Source of the DNA: Alkaliphilus sp.
GTDB taxonomy: Bacteria > Bacillota > Clostridia > Peptostreptococcales > NVVX01
Length of the DNA: 64,000 bases
Reading direction: 5' to 3'
Assembly: GCA_002733545.1 (NCBI GenBank)
Contig: NVVX01000001.1
Location: 45,099 to 109,098 of the forward strand
Below are positions 1 through 8,699 of the stretch, piece by piece. A program made the position numbers and the translations under genes. The stretch's first letter is position 1. Each line of letters begins with the position of its first letter. The notes beneath the pieces are model-generated. The model was given only the letters and a program-made list of their open reading frames with translations. It was not told where the DNA came from and did no database searches.

Positions 1-759
1 TATGATATAGAAAACAACGTAAGAATGCCGAGGAATGAACTACAAGCACTAAGACGAGATATGCAGATAATCTTTCAAGATCCTTATGCTTCACTAAACC
101 CAAGAATGAACGTTGGAACAATTGTTTCAGAAGGTTTAGTTAAACACAAAATTGCAAATAAAAAAGAAGCAATAGAAAAAGCTAAGGAATTACTAGAGTT
201 ATGTGGGCTTAGCGCTGACAACGTTGTTAAATATCCTCATGAATTTAGTGGAGGGCAGAGACAGCGTATAGGTATAGCACGTGCTTTAGCATTGCAACCG
301 AAGTTTATTGTTTGTGACGAGCCAATAGCTGCTCTAGACGTGTCTATTCAAGCACAAGTTCTAACACTAATGCAAGAACTAAAAGAGAAGTTTAAGTTAA
401 CATACTTATTTATATCTCATGATTTAAGTGTAATTAAGTATTTTTGTGATAGGATTGCGGTTATGTATTTAGGATCTTTTGTAGAGTTAACAACTACAAA
501 GAGGTTGTTTGAAAAGCCACTGCATCCTTATACACAATCATTGCTTTCCGCAACTCCAAAATCTGATCCAACAATTACTAAAGAAAGGATTATTCTTAAG
601 GGAGATGTACCAAGCCCTGCAAATCCACCAAAAGGGTGCAAGTTTCATACGAGATGCCCACAAGTGATGGAGATGTGTAAGACTGTTGTTCCTGAATTTA
701 AGGAAGTTGAGCCGGGGCATACGGTATCTTGCCACCTAATGGATTTGGACGCACGATAG
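1..759 (+). CDS. oppF: Oligopeptide ABC transporter ATP-binding subunit (OppF-type), 5'-truncated by the window edge
   Basis: Frame is open from base 1. Motifs IFQDPYASLNPR, FSGGQRQRIGIARAL, CDEP, and a Cys-rich C-terminal oligopeptide-ABC domain. The stop codon lies inside the left arm of the repeat element. Confidence 0.93.
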   Translation, partial: YDIENNVRMPRNELQALRRDMQIIFQDPYASLNPRMNVGTIVSEGLVKHKIANKKEAIEKAKELLELCGLSADNVVKYPHEFSGGQRQRIGIARALALQPKFIVCDEPIAALDVSIQAQVLTLMQELKEKFKLTYLFISHDLSVIKYFCDRIAVMYLGSFVELTTTKRLFEKPLHPYTQSLLSATPKSDPTITKERIILKGDVPSPANPPKGCKFHTRCPQVMEMCKTVVPEFKEVEPGHTVSCHLMDLDAR

Positions 760-872
760 CACTCAAATTGCTGCGTTCCACCTTATTTGCTCAATCTTCA
801 CGTACAAGTGCGTACGCTTCATCAATCGCAAATCGGCGCGCCTTGCAATTTAAGCACTATCGTGCGTCCAAA
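744..872. repeat. ~129-bp palindromic (MITE/RPE-like) element
   Basis: Perfect 16-bp terminal inverted repeat TTTGGACGCACGATAG (744-759) / CTATCGTGCGTCCAAA (857-872). Inner pair AAATTGC/GCAATTT and central hairpin CACGTAC-N5-CGTACGCT. GC-rich relative to its flanks. Confidence 0.85.
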
Positions 873-882
873 CGGATGAAAG

Positions 883-983
883 GATAGCACTCAAATTGTT
901 GCGTTACACCTTTATGCTCAATCTTCACGTACAAAAGCGTACGCTTCATCAATCGCAAATCGGCGCGCCCCCTCGTGGGTACC
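883..983. repeat. Second, truncated tandem copy of the 744-872 element, ending in CTCGTGGGTACC
   Basis: 883-969 is a near-identical direct repeat of 755-842 with a few substitutions and one indel. The right arm is absent and is replaced by CCCTCGTGGGTACC. Confidence 0.85.
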
Positions 984-1012
984 CGGAATTATCTTTAAAA
1001 AGAGTGGTGTTT

Positions 1013-1156
1013 ATGATGGATGATGAAAACAGAATATCGTGGAGGGATGCTGTTGCTATTTGGATAGCTACATTTAAAATAATTGGTCCACGAATATTAA
1101 CGATTATATTTGGGTTTATTTTAGCGCATGTTCTGCTTAGAATACTGTTTTCTTAG
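1013..1156 (+). CDS. Small membrane protein (47 aa) downstream of oppF
   Basis: RBS-like GAGTGGTG before the ATG. MMDDENRISWRDAVAIWIATFKIIGPRILTIIFGFILAHVLLRILFS has the same layout as 9676-9843. Confidence 0.75.
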   Translation: MMDDENRISWRDAVAIWIATFKIIGPRILTIIFGFILAHVLLRILFS

Positions 1157-1179
1157 AGCGTGTAAAATAAATAGTAACT

Positions 1180-1283
1180 AAGCTGTAGGCGTAGTAATTT
1201 TTTGCTAGTCTATCAAGTAAATTAGTGTTTCTTGATTATGCACTTGTTTTTGATAGATAAACTTTACTTACCCTACAGTTTTT
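1180..1283 (+). other. Long imperfect rod-like hairpin followed by a T run
   Basis: Nested complementary blocks CTGTAGG/CCTACAG, AGTAA/TTACT, TCTATCAA/TTGATAGA and AGTG/CACT. Confidence 0.55.
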
Positions 1284-1326
1284 CTGCAATATTGGGTAAT
1301 AATATTCAAAATTTGGGGGAGATTAA

Positions 1327-3498
1327 ATGCATTTATTAAAAAAACACAAATTAGTAGTGTTGAAGATACTTATAATTTTTATTGTTTTAAGCTTAGCACT
1401 ATTAGGGTGCGAAAGCAAAGAAGATCTGGCATTTAGAGAGATAAATACTACAAGAGTCAAAGAGCATATCAAAGTTTTAACATCAGACGAATTTGAAGGA
1501 AGAATGATTGGAACAGCTGGAAATGAGAAAACAGTAGAATACATAGTGAATCATTTTAAGGAAATTGGGTTAGAACCTCATATTGAAAACGAATACATAA
1601 CTACTTTTAACGCGATTAAACCCGTACTAGGTCATCCTGTAATTTTTAATGTTGTTGATAGTGATGGCAATGTCGTTAGAGAATTTATACAGGGAGCAGA
1701 ATTCTTAGTTAGGGTTGATGATTTTGCAATGGGAGGTAAGTTTAGGGGGAGCATCTATCATATTAGCACGGACGAAGCCCTTAATAGCAAGGATGATTTA
1801 TTTGAAGGGTTAGCTATTCTTGCAGATTTTGATGATAAGAGCATTATGCCAACAGGATTTACGCAGAGTGATGCTTTACGTAGGCTGAGGCGTGAAAATG
1901 CGGAAGTAATAATTTATAGAGAAAATAGAGCAGCAAATAGCAGAAATATTAATTTAGGCAGAAAAAACCAGGTTAGAACTACTACTGGACCAATTATCAT
2001 AGGAGTAAGTGATGATGCATATGATGAATTAATAGAGTTTTACAATCAAGGCTACAAAATTACAATCGACTCAAGTCTTAAATTTATAGACGTCAAAGCA
2101 AACAATGTATTTGGTGTTATCCCAACTATAAATACTACTTATGAAAATTATATAATGATTGCAACTTCTTTTGACGGTTTAGGAATTGATGAACAAGGAA
2201 AGATGCATAAAAGTAAAACTGATAATGCTTCGGGGGTAGCGACTGTATTAGAACTTGCTAGTTATATCAAAGAAAATAATATGGAATTTGATTCTACAAT
2301 TATCTTTGCAGCATTCAATGGAAAACATACAGGACATGTGGGAGTGTCGCATTATAACACTTTTTCTCTGTATCCGCCTGATAGAACACAAGTAATATTT
2401 GTTGACAATATTACAGGAGTTGATGAAGCTCTCTTTACGCTTGGGAGTTACGAGTCTAGGAATTCGCAAAGAGGATTTAAGCACTCAACAATACAAACAA
2501 AGCGACTTTCAAGTATCGCGAATGAGCTACACATTGATAGCGTTGTAGATATGAATCATTTTAGAGCAGAGCACTCAGCATTTAGAAATAATGGAATCGT
2601 TGCTACTATTATTAGCACTATGCATGTAGAAGATTACTTGGCAAACGAGCCTGACCTAAATGCAATTGCAAATAATTCGGAGCATGTGTCTAGCATTATC
2701 ATAAACTTCTTAAATCAGCATTCGGGATTAATGATAATGAGCGAGTTAGCTTATCCACTTCGTAAATTCGCATGGTTTTTCGTGATAATTGTAGTTATTG
2801 CGCTTTTAAAGCACAGATATTTCATAAAGAACAACATGAGCGACAACAAATACAAGTTTGATATCTATAAAGGAAAAAGTAGTATAGATAAAATAATGAT
2901 GCAACCTATAGTAAGTGGTTTAAGCGTAGCTTATATATTGTTGATGATTAGCACATTAAGTGCTAGACATGTTGTCTCAAACACTATGGGGGTACCACTT
3001 GAAGAAGCATACACTAATTTTTCATCATTAATGCATCAGCTTTTAACAACTATTTTTACTGCTCCAGTACTTTTATATATGCTAGTTTTCACGTACCCAT
3101 TATTTATAGTTTTATTTATGGCGCTGATAATTAAGTATGTATTTAACAAATCAGGTGTATTGGTACATTCTTTGCTAGTAGCTTTAGCTATAGGAATACC
3201 ATTTTACTTCTATACTACTAAAACCATAGTAAAAGAATACGCAATGTTGTTCCCAGATATATTATCAAAAAGCAATGCTCCACTATTTGTAGTTGTATGC
3301 TTGATTCTACTCTCAGTTGGATTAAGCCTGTTGTATTCTTATGAATATACAATTAAGAGGGGGCACGGGTTTAAGAGCAGAATTCTAATAAGTACTTTAA
3401 TAATCTTTTTGGCTTTCTATTTAATGCTATTAGGACCCAATTTATTTTCAGCAGACATGATTAAACTTTTCAGACTTGGGATAAGAGTAAGATTATAG
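1327..3498 (+). CDS. M28-peptidase-like lipoprotein with a PA-like insert and a C-terminal multi-pass membrane domain; catalytic motifs degenerate
   Basis: Lipobox LALLGC. LTSDEFEGRMIGTAGN is typical of an M28 N-terminus. NVFGVIP..IATSFDGLG..DNASG..FAAFNGKH. The last ~250 aa are hydrophobic. Confidence 0.8.
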   Translation: MHLLKKHKLVVLKILIIFIVLSLALLGCESKEDLAFREINTTRVKEHIKVLTSDEFEGRMIGTAGNEKTVEYIVNHFKEIGLEPHIENEYITTFNAIKPVLGHPVIFNVVDSDGNVVREFIQGAEFLVRVDDFAMGGKFRGSIYHISTDEALNSKDDLFEGLAILADFDDKSIMPTGFTQSDALRRLRRENAEVIIYRENRAANSRNINLGRKNQVRTTTGPIIIGVSDDAYDELIEFYNQGYKITIDSSLKFIDVKANNVFGVIPTINTTYENYIMIATSFDGLGIDEQGKMHKSKTDNASGVATVLELASYIKENNMEFDSTIIFAAFNGKHTGHVGVSHYNTFSLYPPDRTQVIFVDNITGVDEALFTLGSYESRNSQRGFKHSTIQTKRLSSIANELHIDSVVDMNHFRAEHSAFRNNGIVATIISTMHVEDYLANEPDLNAIANNSEHVSSIIINFLNQHSGLMIMSELAYPLRKFAWFFVIIVVIALLKHRYFIKNNMSDNKYKFDIYKGKSSIDKIMMQPIVSGLSVAYILLMISTLSARHVVSNTMGVPLEEAYTNFSSLMHQLLTTIFTAPVLLYMLVFTYPLFIVLFMALIIKYVFNKSGVLVHSLLVALAIGIPFYFYTTKTIVKEYAMLFPDILSKSNAPLFVVVCLILLSVGLSLLYSYEYTIKRGHGFKSRILISTLIIFLAFYLMLLGPNLFSADMIKLFRLGIRVRL

Positions 3499-3541
3499 AA
3501 AAAAATTTAAGTGTCAGATAAAATATTTAATATATAAAAAT

Positions 3542-3568
3542 AAAGGATATTACAATTACATGTCGAAT
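3542..3568 (+). promoter_or_regulatory. Probable SigH promoter overlapping a Spo0A-box match
   Basis: AAAGGATAT-N11-GTCGAAT. TGTCGAA at 3561-3567. Confidence 0.55.
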
Positions 3569-3701
3569 AATTAAAAATAGGTAACAAAGACACAATAGAG
3601 ATATCTGAGATTTGAAATTACGGAAATATTTTGAGGGGAGGAAATAATAGTTCGTTTTTTGTAGTTTTATAATTAATACTATATAAAAGGAGGATTTATT
3701 A

Positions 3702-5438
3702 ATGAAAAAAAGTTTGTTATTATTATTGGTTTTTACTCTAATGGCATCAGTATTTTTAGTAGGGTGTCAACCTGCAGAAACTGATGAGCCAGCTGTCGCA
3801 GATGAACCTGCAGCAGACGCAAAAGCAGAACCAGCACCAGAGCCTGTTGATGATAATCCAGCGCTTGCAAGAGGAAATGTTTTAACAGTTGCAACTGGAA
3901 GTTTAGATGGAAGATTCAATCCAATATTATCTGGAAATGTATACGACACATGGGTTGTTAACCTTATTTTCGACTCTTTAATATCTGGAGATCCTGCAGG
4001 TAACGTTATTCCTAATGCAGCACATAAGTGGGAAGTTTCTGAAGATAAGTTAACATATACTTTCTTTTTAAAAGAAGGCATGAAGTTTCATGACGGTGTA
4101 GAAGTTACAGCGGAAGATGTAGCGTTTACTTATTACACAATAGCGCATCCTGATTATACAGGATCACGTGGTAGTGTAGTCAATGACATCGTTGGGGCAC
4201 AAGAGTATAGAAAATTAAACGGCGATGATGATGATGATAATGATATTGAAAAAATTGAAGGAATCAATGTTATTGACGATTACACTATTTCATTTACTAT
4301 TATTGAACCAAATGTTAAGAAAATTAGAGATTTTTGGCCAGGAATTATGCCGAAACATTATTATGACTTTACAGATTATGATGATTTCATTATGTTAATG
4401 CAAAATCCTATGGGTTCAGGAATGTTTACATTCCATAGATACCTTGTAGGTCAATATGCAGAAGTTAGAAGATTTGAAGATTATCATGGCGATAAACCAG
4501 AAGTTGAGGGAGTTATTATTAGATTAATGCCTTCTGAAACACAAGCTGCTGCTGTTGCTGCAGGAGTAGTAGATTTAGCAAATCCTTCAGCGAACTTAGA
4601 AAATTATGAAATAATGATGGAAAGTGGATTTGCCAATGTACAAGAATTTTTAGGAAACTCATATAGATATATTGGTTTTAATCTAAGATTAGATAAATTC
4701 CAAGATAGAAGAACTAGACAAGCTTTATTTTATGGTCTAAATTTAGTTGATTTTATTGAAGCAGAATGGGAAGGCTTTGCATCACCAGCGTTTTCACCTA
4801 TTTCTCCAGTATCTTGGGCTGCTCCGGAAGAAGGCGTATTAACGGAGTACCATTTCAATCCTGAAAAAGCTAAAGAATTGTTAGCAGAAGCTGGTTGGAA
4901 GGACACTGACGACGACGGATATCTTGACATGAATGGCGAGAGATTTACGATTACATGGACAGCATATGATGATGTTTCATGGCCAGTTAATTTAATTGCG
5001 GTTGCTAAAGAAAACTGGGGAGACTTAGGTATTGAACTTATAGCAAACTTAATGGAATTTAACGCAGTTGTTGAATTAGTTTATGACAATCAAGACTTTG
5101 AAATTTATAACATGGGTTGGTCTTTAGCAATTGATCCGGATCCAACTTCAATATTTGGACCGGCAGCTGATGTGCCAGGTGGATTTAACAGTATTGGATT
5201 CCACCATGAAAGAGCTCACGAAATCTTTAAACTTGCGTTACTAGAATACGATCAAGATAAGAGAGCGGAACTATATAGAGAGTGGGCTGAAATTGCAAAC
5301 TATGAACTTCCATACTTATTTGTTTCTATTGGAAATAGAACTTGGGGAGTTAATAGAAGAGTTCATGGAATGGAACTTGGACCTTATTATACATGGGTGA
5401 GCAATATAGACAATATAAAACTAGATTATACTGAATAA
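3702..5438 (+). CDS. oppA: Oligopeptide ABC transporter substrate-binding lipoprotein (family 5)
   Basis: Lipobox FLVGC. Family 5 signature YTFFLKEGMKFHDGVEVTAEDVAFT. RBS AGGAGG. Confidence 0.93.
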   Translation: MKKSLLLLLVFTLMASVFLVGCQPAETDEPAVADEPAADAKAEPAPEPVDDNPALARGNVLTVATGSLDGRFNPILSGNVYDTWVVNLIFDSLISGDPAGNVIPNAAHKWEVSEDKLTYTFFLKEGMKFHDGVEVTAEDVAFTYYTIAHPDYTGSRGSVVNDIVGAQEYRKLNGDDDDDNDIEKIEGINVIDDYTISFTIIEPNVKKIRDFWPGIMPKHYYDFTDYDDFIMLMQNPMGSGMFTFHRYLVGQYAEVRRFEDYHGDKPEVEGVIIRLMPSETQAAAVAAGVVDLANPSANLENYEIMMESGFANVQEFLGNSYRYIGFNLRLDKFQDRRTRQALFYGLNLVDFIEAEWEGFASPAFSPISPVSWAAPEEGVLTEYHFNPEKAKELLAEAGWKDTDDDGYLDMNGERFTITWTAYDDVSWPVNLIAVAKENWGDLGIELIANLMEFNAVVELVYDNQDFEIYNMGWSLAIDPDPTSIFGPAADVPGGFNSIGFHHERAHEIFKLALLEYDQDKRAELYREWAEIANYELPYLFVSIGNRTWGVNRRVHGMELGPYYTWVSNIDNIKLDYTE

Positions 5439-5455
5439 TTTTTAAACTAGATATA

Positions 5456-5493
5456 AGTTATATAGCCTAGCTATGAAGCTAGGCTATATAACT
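5456..5493 (+). terminator. Intercistronic hairpin between oppA and oppB (partial terminator or mRNA stabiliser)
   Basis: Perfect 17-bp stem AGTTATATAGCCTAGCT/AGCTAGGCTATATAACT with a 4-nt loop and no strong U tract. Confidence 0.7.
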
Positions 5494-5555
5494 GTAACAA
5501 ATAATTTTAATGGACAAACAATTGATGAAAACATAGTATTTTAGGAGGTAATATA

Positions 5556-6524
5556 ATGAAGAATTATCTCATAAGGAGATTAATACAAACTCTACCCGTT
5601 TTGTTAGGTATAACGATAATTGTATTCACACTAGCAAACGCTGCTCCAGGAAATCCTACTTCTAATATGATGGATCCCACAATGACAGCAGCAGAGAGAG
5701 CCCGTATTTTAGAAAGATTTGGTATGAATCAGAGTGTTACTGTAAGGTATGTAAACTGGCTTAGAGAAATAGTTTTTCATAGAAATTTGGGTCATTCAAC
5801 AACTTTTATAGTACCAGTTGCGCAGGTAATAGGGGCCCATATGTGGAATACTTTCTATTTATCAGCAGTGGCACTAGCCATTAGTTTGTTAATAGGTATC
5901 CCCGCGGGGGTAATCTCTGCTACTAAGCAGTACTCAATAAGAGATGGAGGTTTGACAATCTTTTCTCTAATTGGAATTTCTATGCCATCTTTCTTTTTTG
6001 CTTTACTTCTTATTAAATGGTTTGCAATTGACCGGCAAATACTACCTATGGCTGGTATGAGCCAACCTGGCATGATTGATATTGGAGGTTGGGAGTATAT
6101 AAAAAATGTAATGTTGCATACCGTGTTACCAGCTATTGTACTAGGATTAGGATCAACCGCTGGATTCATGAGGTATACAAGATCTAGTATGCTTGAAGTT
6201 ATAAGACAAGATTATATAAGAACAGCAAGAGCCAAGGGTTTGGGTGAAAGAATTGTAATATATAAGCATGCTCTAAGAAATGCAATGATTCCTATAATCA
6301 CACTTTTAGGGTTCTGGATACCTGGTTTGTTTTCAGGAGCATTCATTGTAGAGAGCATATTTGCATGGCCTGGAATGGGGACTATTGGACTAAGAGCAAT
6401 AAGCGATAGAGATTATTCTCTGTTGATGGGAGTGTCTTTCTTCCTATCTTTTTTAACACTTTTAGGAAACTTAACTGCCGATATTTTATATGGATTTGCT
6501 GACCCGCGAATTAAGTACGATTAA
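5556..6524 (+). CDS. oppB: Oligopeptide ABC permease
   Basis: MKNYLIRRL N-terminus. RSSMLEVIRQDYIRTARAKG loop. DPRI C-terminus. Confidence 0.93.
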   Translation: MKNYLIRRLIQTLPVLLGITIIVFTLANAAPGNPTSNMMDPTMTAAERARILERFGMNQSVTVRYVNWLREIVFHRNLGHSTTFIVPVAQVIGAHMWNTFYLSAVALAISLLIGIPAGVISATKQYSIRDGGLTIFSLIGISMPSFFFALLLIKWFAIDRQILPMAGMSQPGMIDIGGWEYIKNVMLHTVLPAIVLGLGSTAGFMRYTRSSMLEVIRQDYIRTARAKGLGERIVIYKHALRNAMIPIITLLGFWIPGLFSGAFIVESIFAWPGMGTIGLRAISDRDYSLLMGVSFFLSFLTLLGNLTADILYGFADPRIKYD

Positions 6525-6535
6525 GGAGGAAGACC

Positions 6536-7699
6536 ATGAGTTCAGATATGAAAACTAGAAAACAAGATGAAGGTAATATAACTAATGAAAAAACTAGAAT
6601 TGATTCCCCGACGAGAGTAGCTTTTAGAAGATTAAAGAAAAGCAAAATGTCTATGGTAAGTCTTGTTGTTATAGCACTTTTCATGCTAATGGCAATATTT
6701 GCACCTTTTGTTACACCAGTTGGATACAATGACCTTAATATGAGAGGTAATGAGATTTCTGCTAATTTAGTTACTTTCCAAATCGATGAGGACAATTTTG
6801 TTCTATATAAACTGAAAGATCACTCTTTTCATGCAATTACAGAAGATGCTAGATATATTGAAAGGGTTGATCCTTTAAAAAGGAATAGGAAAGAAAGATA
6901 TAATATTTACGATTTTAATGGCAAAGAAGTGATTATGGATTATACTAATGCTAGAGCGGTTGGGTTCCCTATTGTCACTATAGACGGACAAGCAGTAACT
7001 ATGGAAAGAAGATGGAACAGATCAAACATACTTGGAACTGACAACTTAGGACGCGATGTGTACACACGTATTGTTTATGGTGCTAGAATTTCACTTTCAG
7101 TTGGATTGGTCGCTGTTGCAATTAGAGTCTTTTTAGGAATACTAATTGGTAGTATCGCTGGGTATTATGGAGGAAAAATAGATAATATTTTAATGCGCTT
7201 TGCAGACATGGTAATGTGCTTTCCGCAGCTTCTAATTATAATAACGATTATTGTAATTGTAGGACCAAGTATTTTTAACGTAATGATTGTACTAGGGATT
7301 CTAGGTTGGCCAGGTATTGCAAGGATTGTTCGTGGTCAGATTCTGTCCTTAAGAGAACAAGAATTTATGGAAGCGGCAGAAGCACTAGGACTAAGCGACT
7401 TTAGAAAAATATTTAGGCATCTTTTGCCAAATATTATGGCTTCGGTTGTTGTTTTTGCTACTATTGGGATTGCTGGTGCAATATTGACTGAGGCAGCATT
7501 AAGTTTTCTAGGCCTCGGAGTTCAACCACCTACTCCTAGTTGGGGAAATATGATTCAAGCAGCTAGAAGCATATATGCTTTGCAGAGACAATGGTGGTTA
7601 TGGGTACCGCCTGGGCTAGCAATTTTTATTACAGTTATGAGCTTTAATATCTTAGGTGATGGATTAAGAGATGCTCTAGATCCTAAGTTGAAAAAATAG
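6536..7699 (+). CDS. oppC: Oligopeptide ABC permease with an enlarged extracytoplasmic loop
   Basis: LGTDNLGRDVYTRIVYGARISL, EFMEAAEALG and GDGLRDALDP motifs. About 85 extra aa before LGTD compared with 12839-13699. Confidence 0.92.
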   Translation: MSSDMKTRKQDEGNITNEKTRIDSPTRVAFRRLKKSKMSMVSLVVIALFMLMAIFAPFVTPVGYNDLNMRGNEISANLVTFQIDEDNFVLYKLKDHSFHAITEDARYIERVDPLKRNRKERYNIYDFNGKEVIMDYTNARAVGFPIVTIDGQAVTMERRWNRSNILGTDNLGRDVYTRIVYGARISLSVGLVAVAIRVFLGILIGSIAGYYGGKIDNILMRFADMVMCFPQLLIIITIIVIVGPSIFNVMIVLGILGWPGIARIVRGQILSLREQEFMEAAEALGLSDFRKIFRHLLPNIMASVVVFATIGIAGAILTEAALSFLGLGVQPPTPSWGNMIQAARSIYALQRQWWLWVPPGLAIFITVMSFNILGDGLRDALDPKLKK

Positions 7700-7718
7700 G
7701 CAGACAGGAGGTATCTAC

Positions 7719-8699
7719 ATGGCTAAAAAAGTGATTGAAGTTAAGAATTTAAAAACATATTTTTTTACTGAAATGGGTACAGTTAAGGCTGTTGATGGAG
7801 TGGATTTTCATGTTAATGAAGGCGAAACGTTAGGGATAGTAGGAGAGTCAGGATGTGGTAAAAGTGTTTCATCAATGTCAATTCTAAGACTTATTCCAAA
7901 CCCGCCAGGCAAAATTGTAGAAGGTGAGATATTTTTCAATGACGTTAATTTGTTAGACTTAAGCATAAGTGACATGAGGAAAATTAGAGGAAATGACATT
8001 GCTATGATATTTCAGGAACCTATGACTTCATTGAATCCAGTGTTTACTATTGAAAAACAAATTGCCGAAGTGTTAATGATGCATAGAGGTATGAGTAAAG
8101 AGGAAGCTAGAATTGAAATTATAAGGTTATTAGATATTGTTGGAATACCAAGATCTGATGAAGTTATAAAGGATTATCCTTTTGCTTTAAGCGGTGGAAT
8201 GAAACAAAGAGCTATGATTGCTATGGCATTGGCATGTAACCCTAAACTATTAATTGCTGACGAGCCTACAACAGCGCTAGATGTTACAATTCAAGCACAA
8301 GTACTTGAATTAATGAAAAAACTACAAAGAGATTTTAACACCTCTATTATGTTCATAACACATGATTTAAGCGTTATTTCAGAGATGGCAGATAGAGTTA
8401 TAGTAATGTACTCAGGAAGAGTTGTGGAAGAAGCAAGTGTTTACGATATTTTTGAAAAACCATTGCATCCTTATACGGAAGGTTTGTTAAATTCGAAACC
8501 AGATTTGAATCTTGGCACCGAGAAATTACACGTAATACCTGGAGCAGTGCCAAATCCACTTGATCGTCCGGATGGATGTCAATTTGCCCCAAGGTGCGAG
8601 TATGCGATAGATATTTGCAGAGAAAAAGAACCTACACTAGTACAAATTGAGCCAGCAAGAAAAGTTAGATGTTGGCTTAGAGATGGGAGTGTGACATAG
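7719..8699 (+). CDS. oppD: Oligopeptide ABC ATP-binding subunit
   Basis: GESGCGKS Walker A, IFQEPMTSLNP, LSGGMKQR and [11 protein letters not shown]. Confidence 0.93.
   Translation: MAKKVIEVKNLKTYFFTEMGTVKAVDGVDFHVNEGETLGIVGESGCGKSVSSMSILRLIPNPPGKIVEGEIFFNDVNLLDLSISDMRKIRGNDIAMIFQEPMTSLNPVFTIEKQIAEVLMMHRGMSKEEARIEIIRLLDIVGIPRSDEVIKDYPFALSGGMKQRAMIAMALACNPKLLIADEPTTALDVTIQAQVLELMKKLQRDFNTSIMFITHDLSVISEMADRVIVMYSGRVVEEASVYDIFEKPLHPYTEGLLNSKPDLNLGTEKLHVIPGAVPNPLDRPDGCQFAPRCEYAIDICREKEPTLVQIEPARKVRCWLRDGSVT

Noticed and set aside
896..1012. N-terminal 39 aa of ORF 896-1156
   Set aside because: This stretch is translated repeat-element sequence. The RBS-supported start is ATG 1013.
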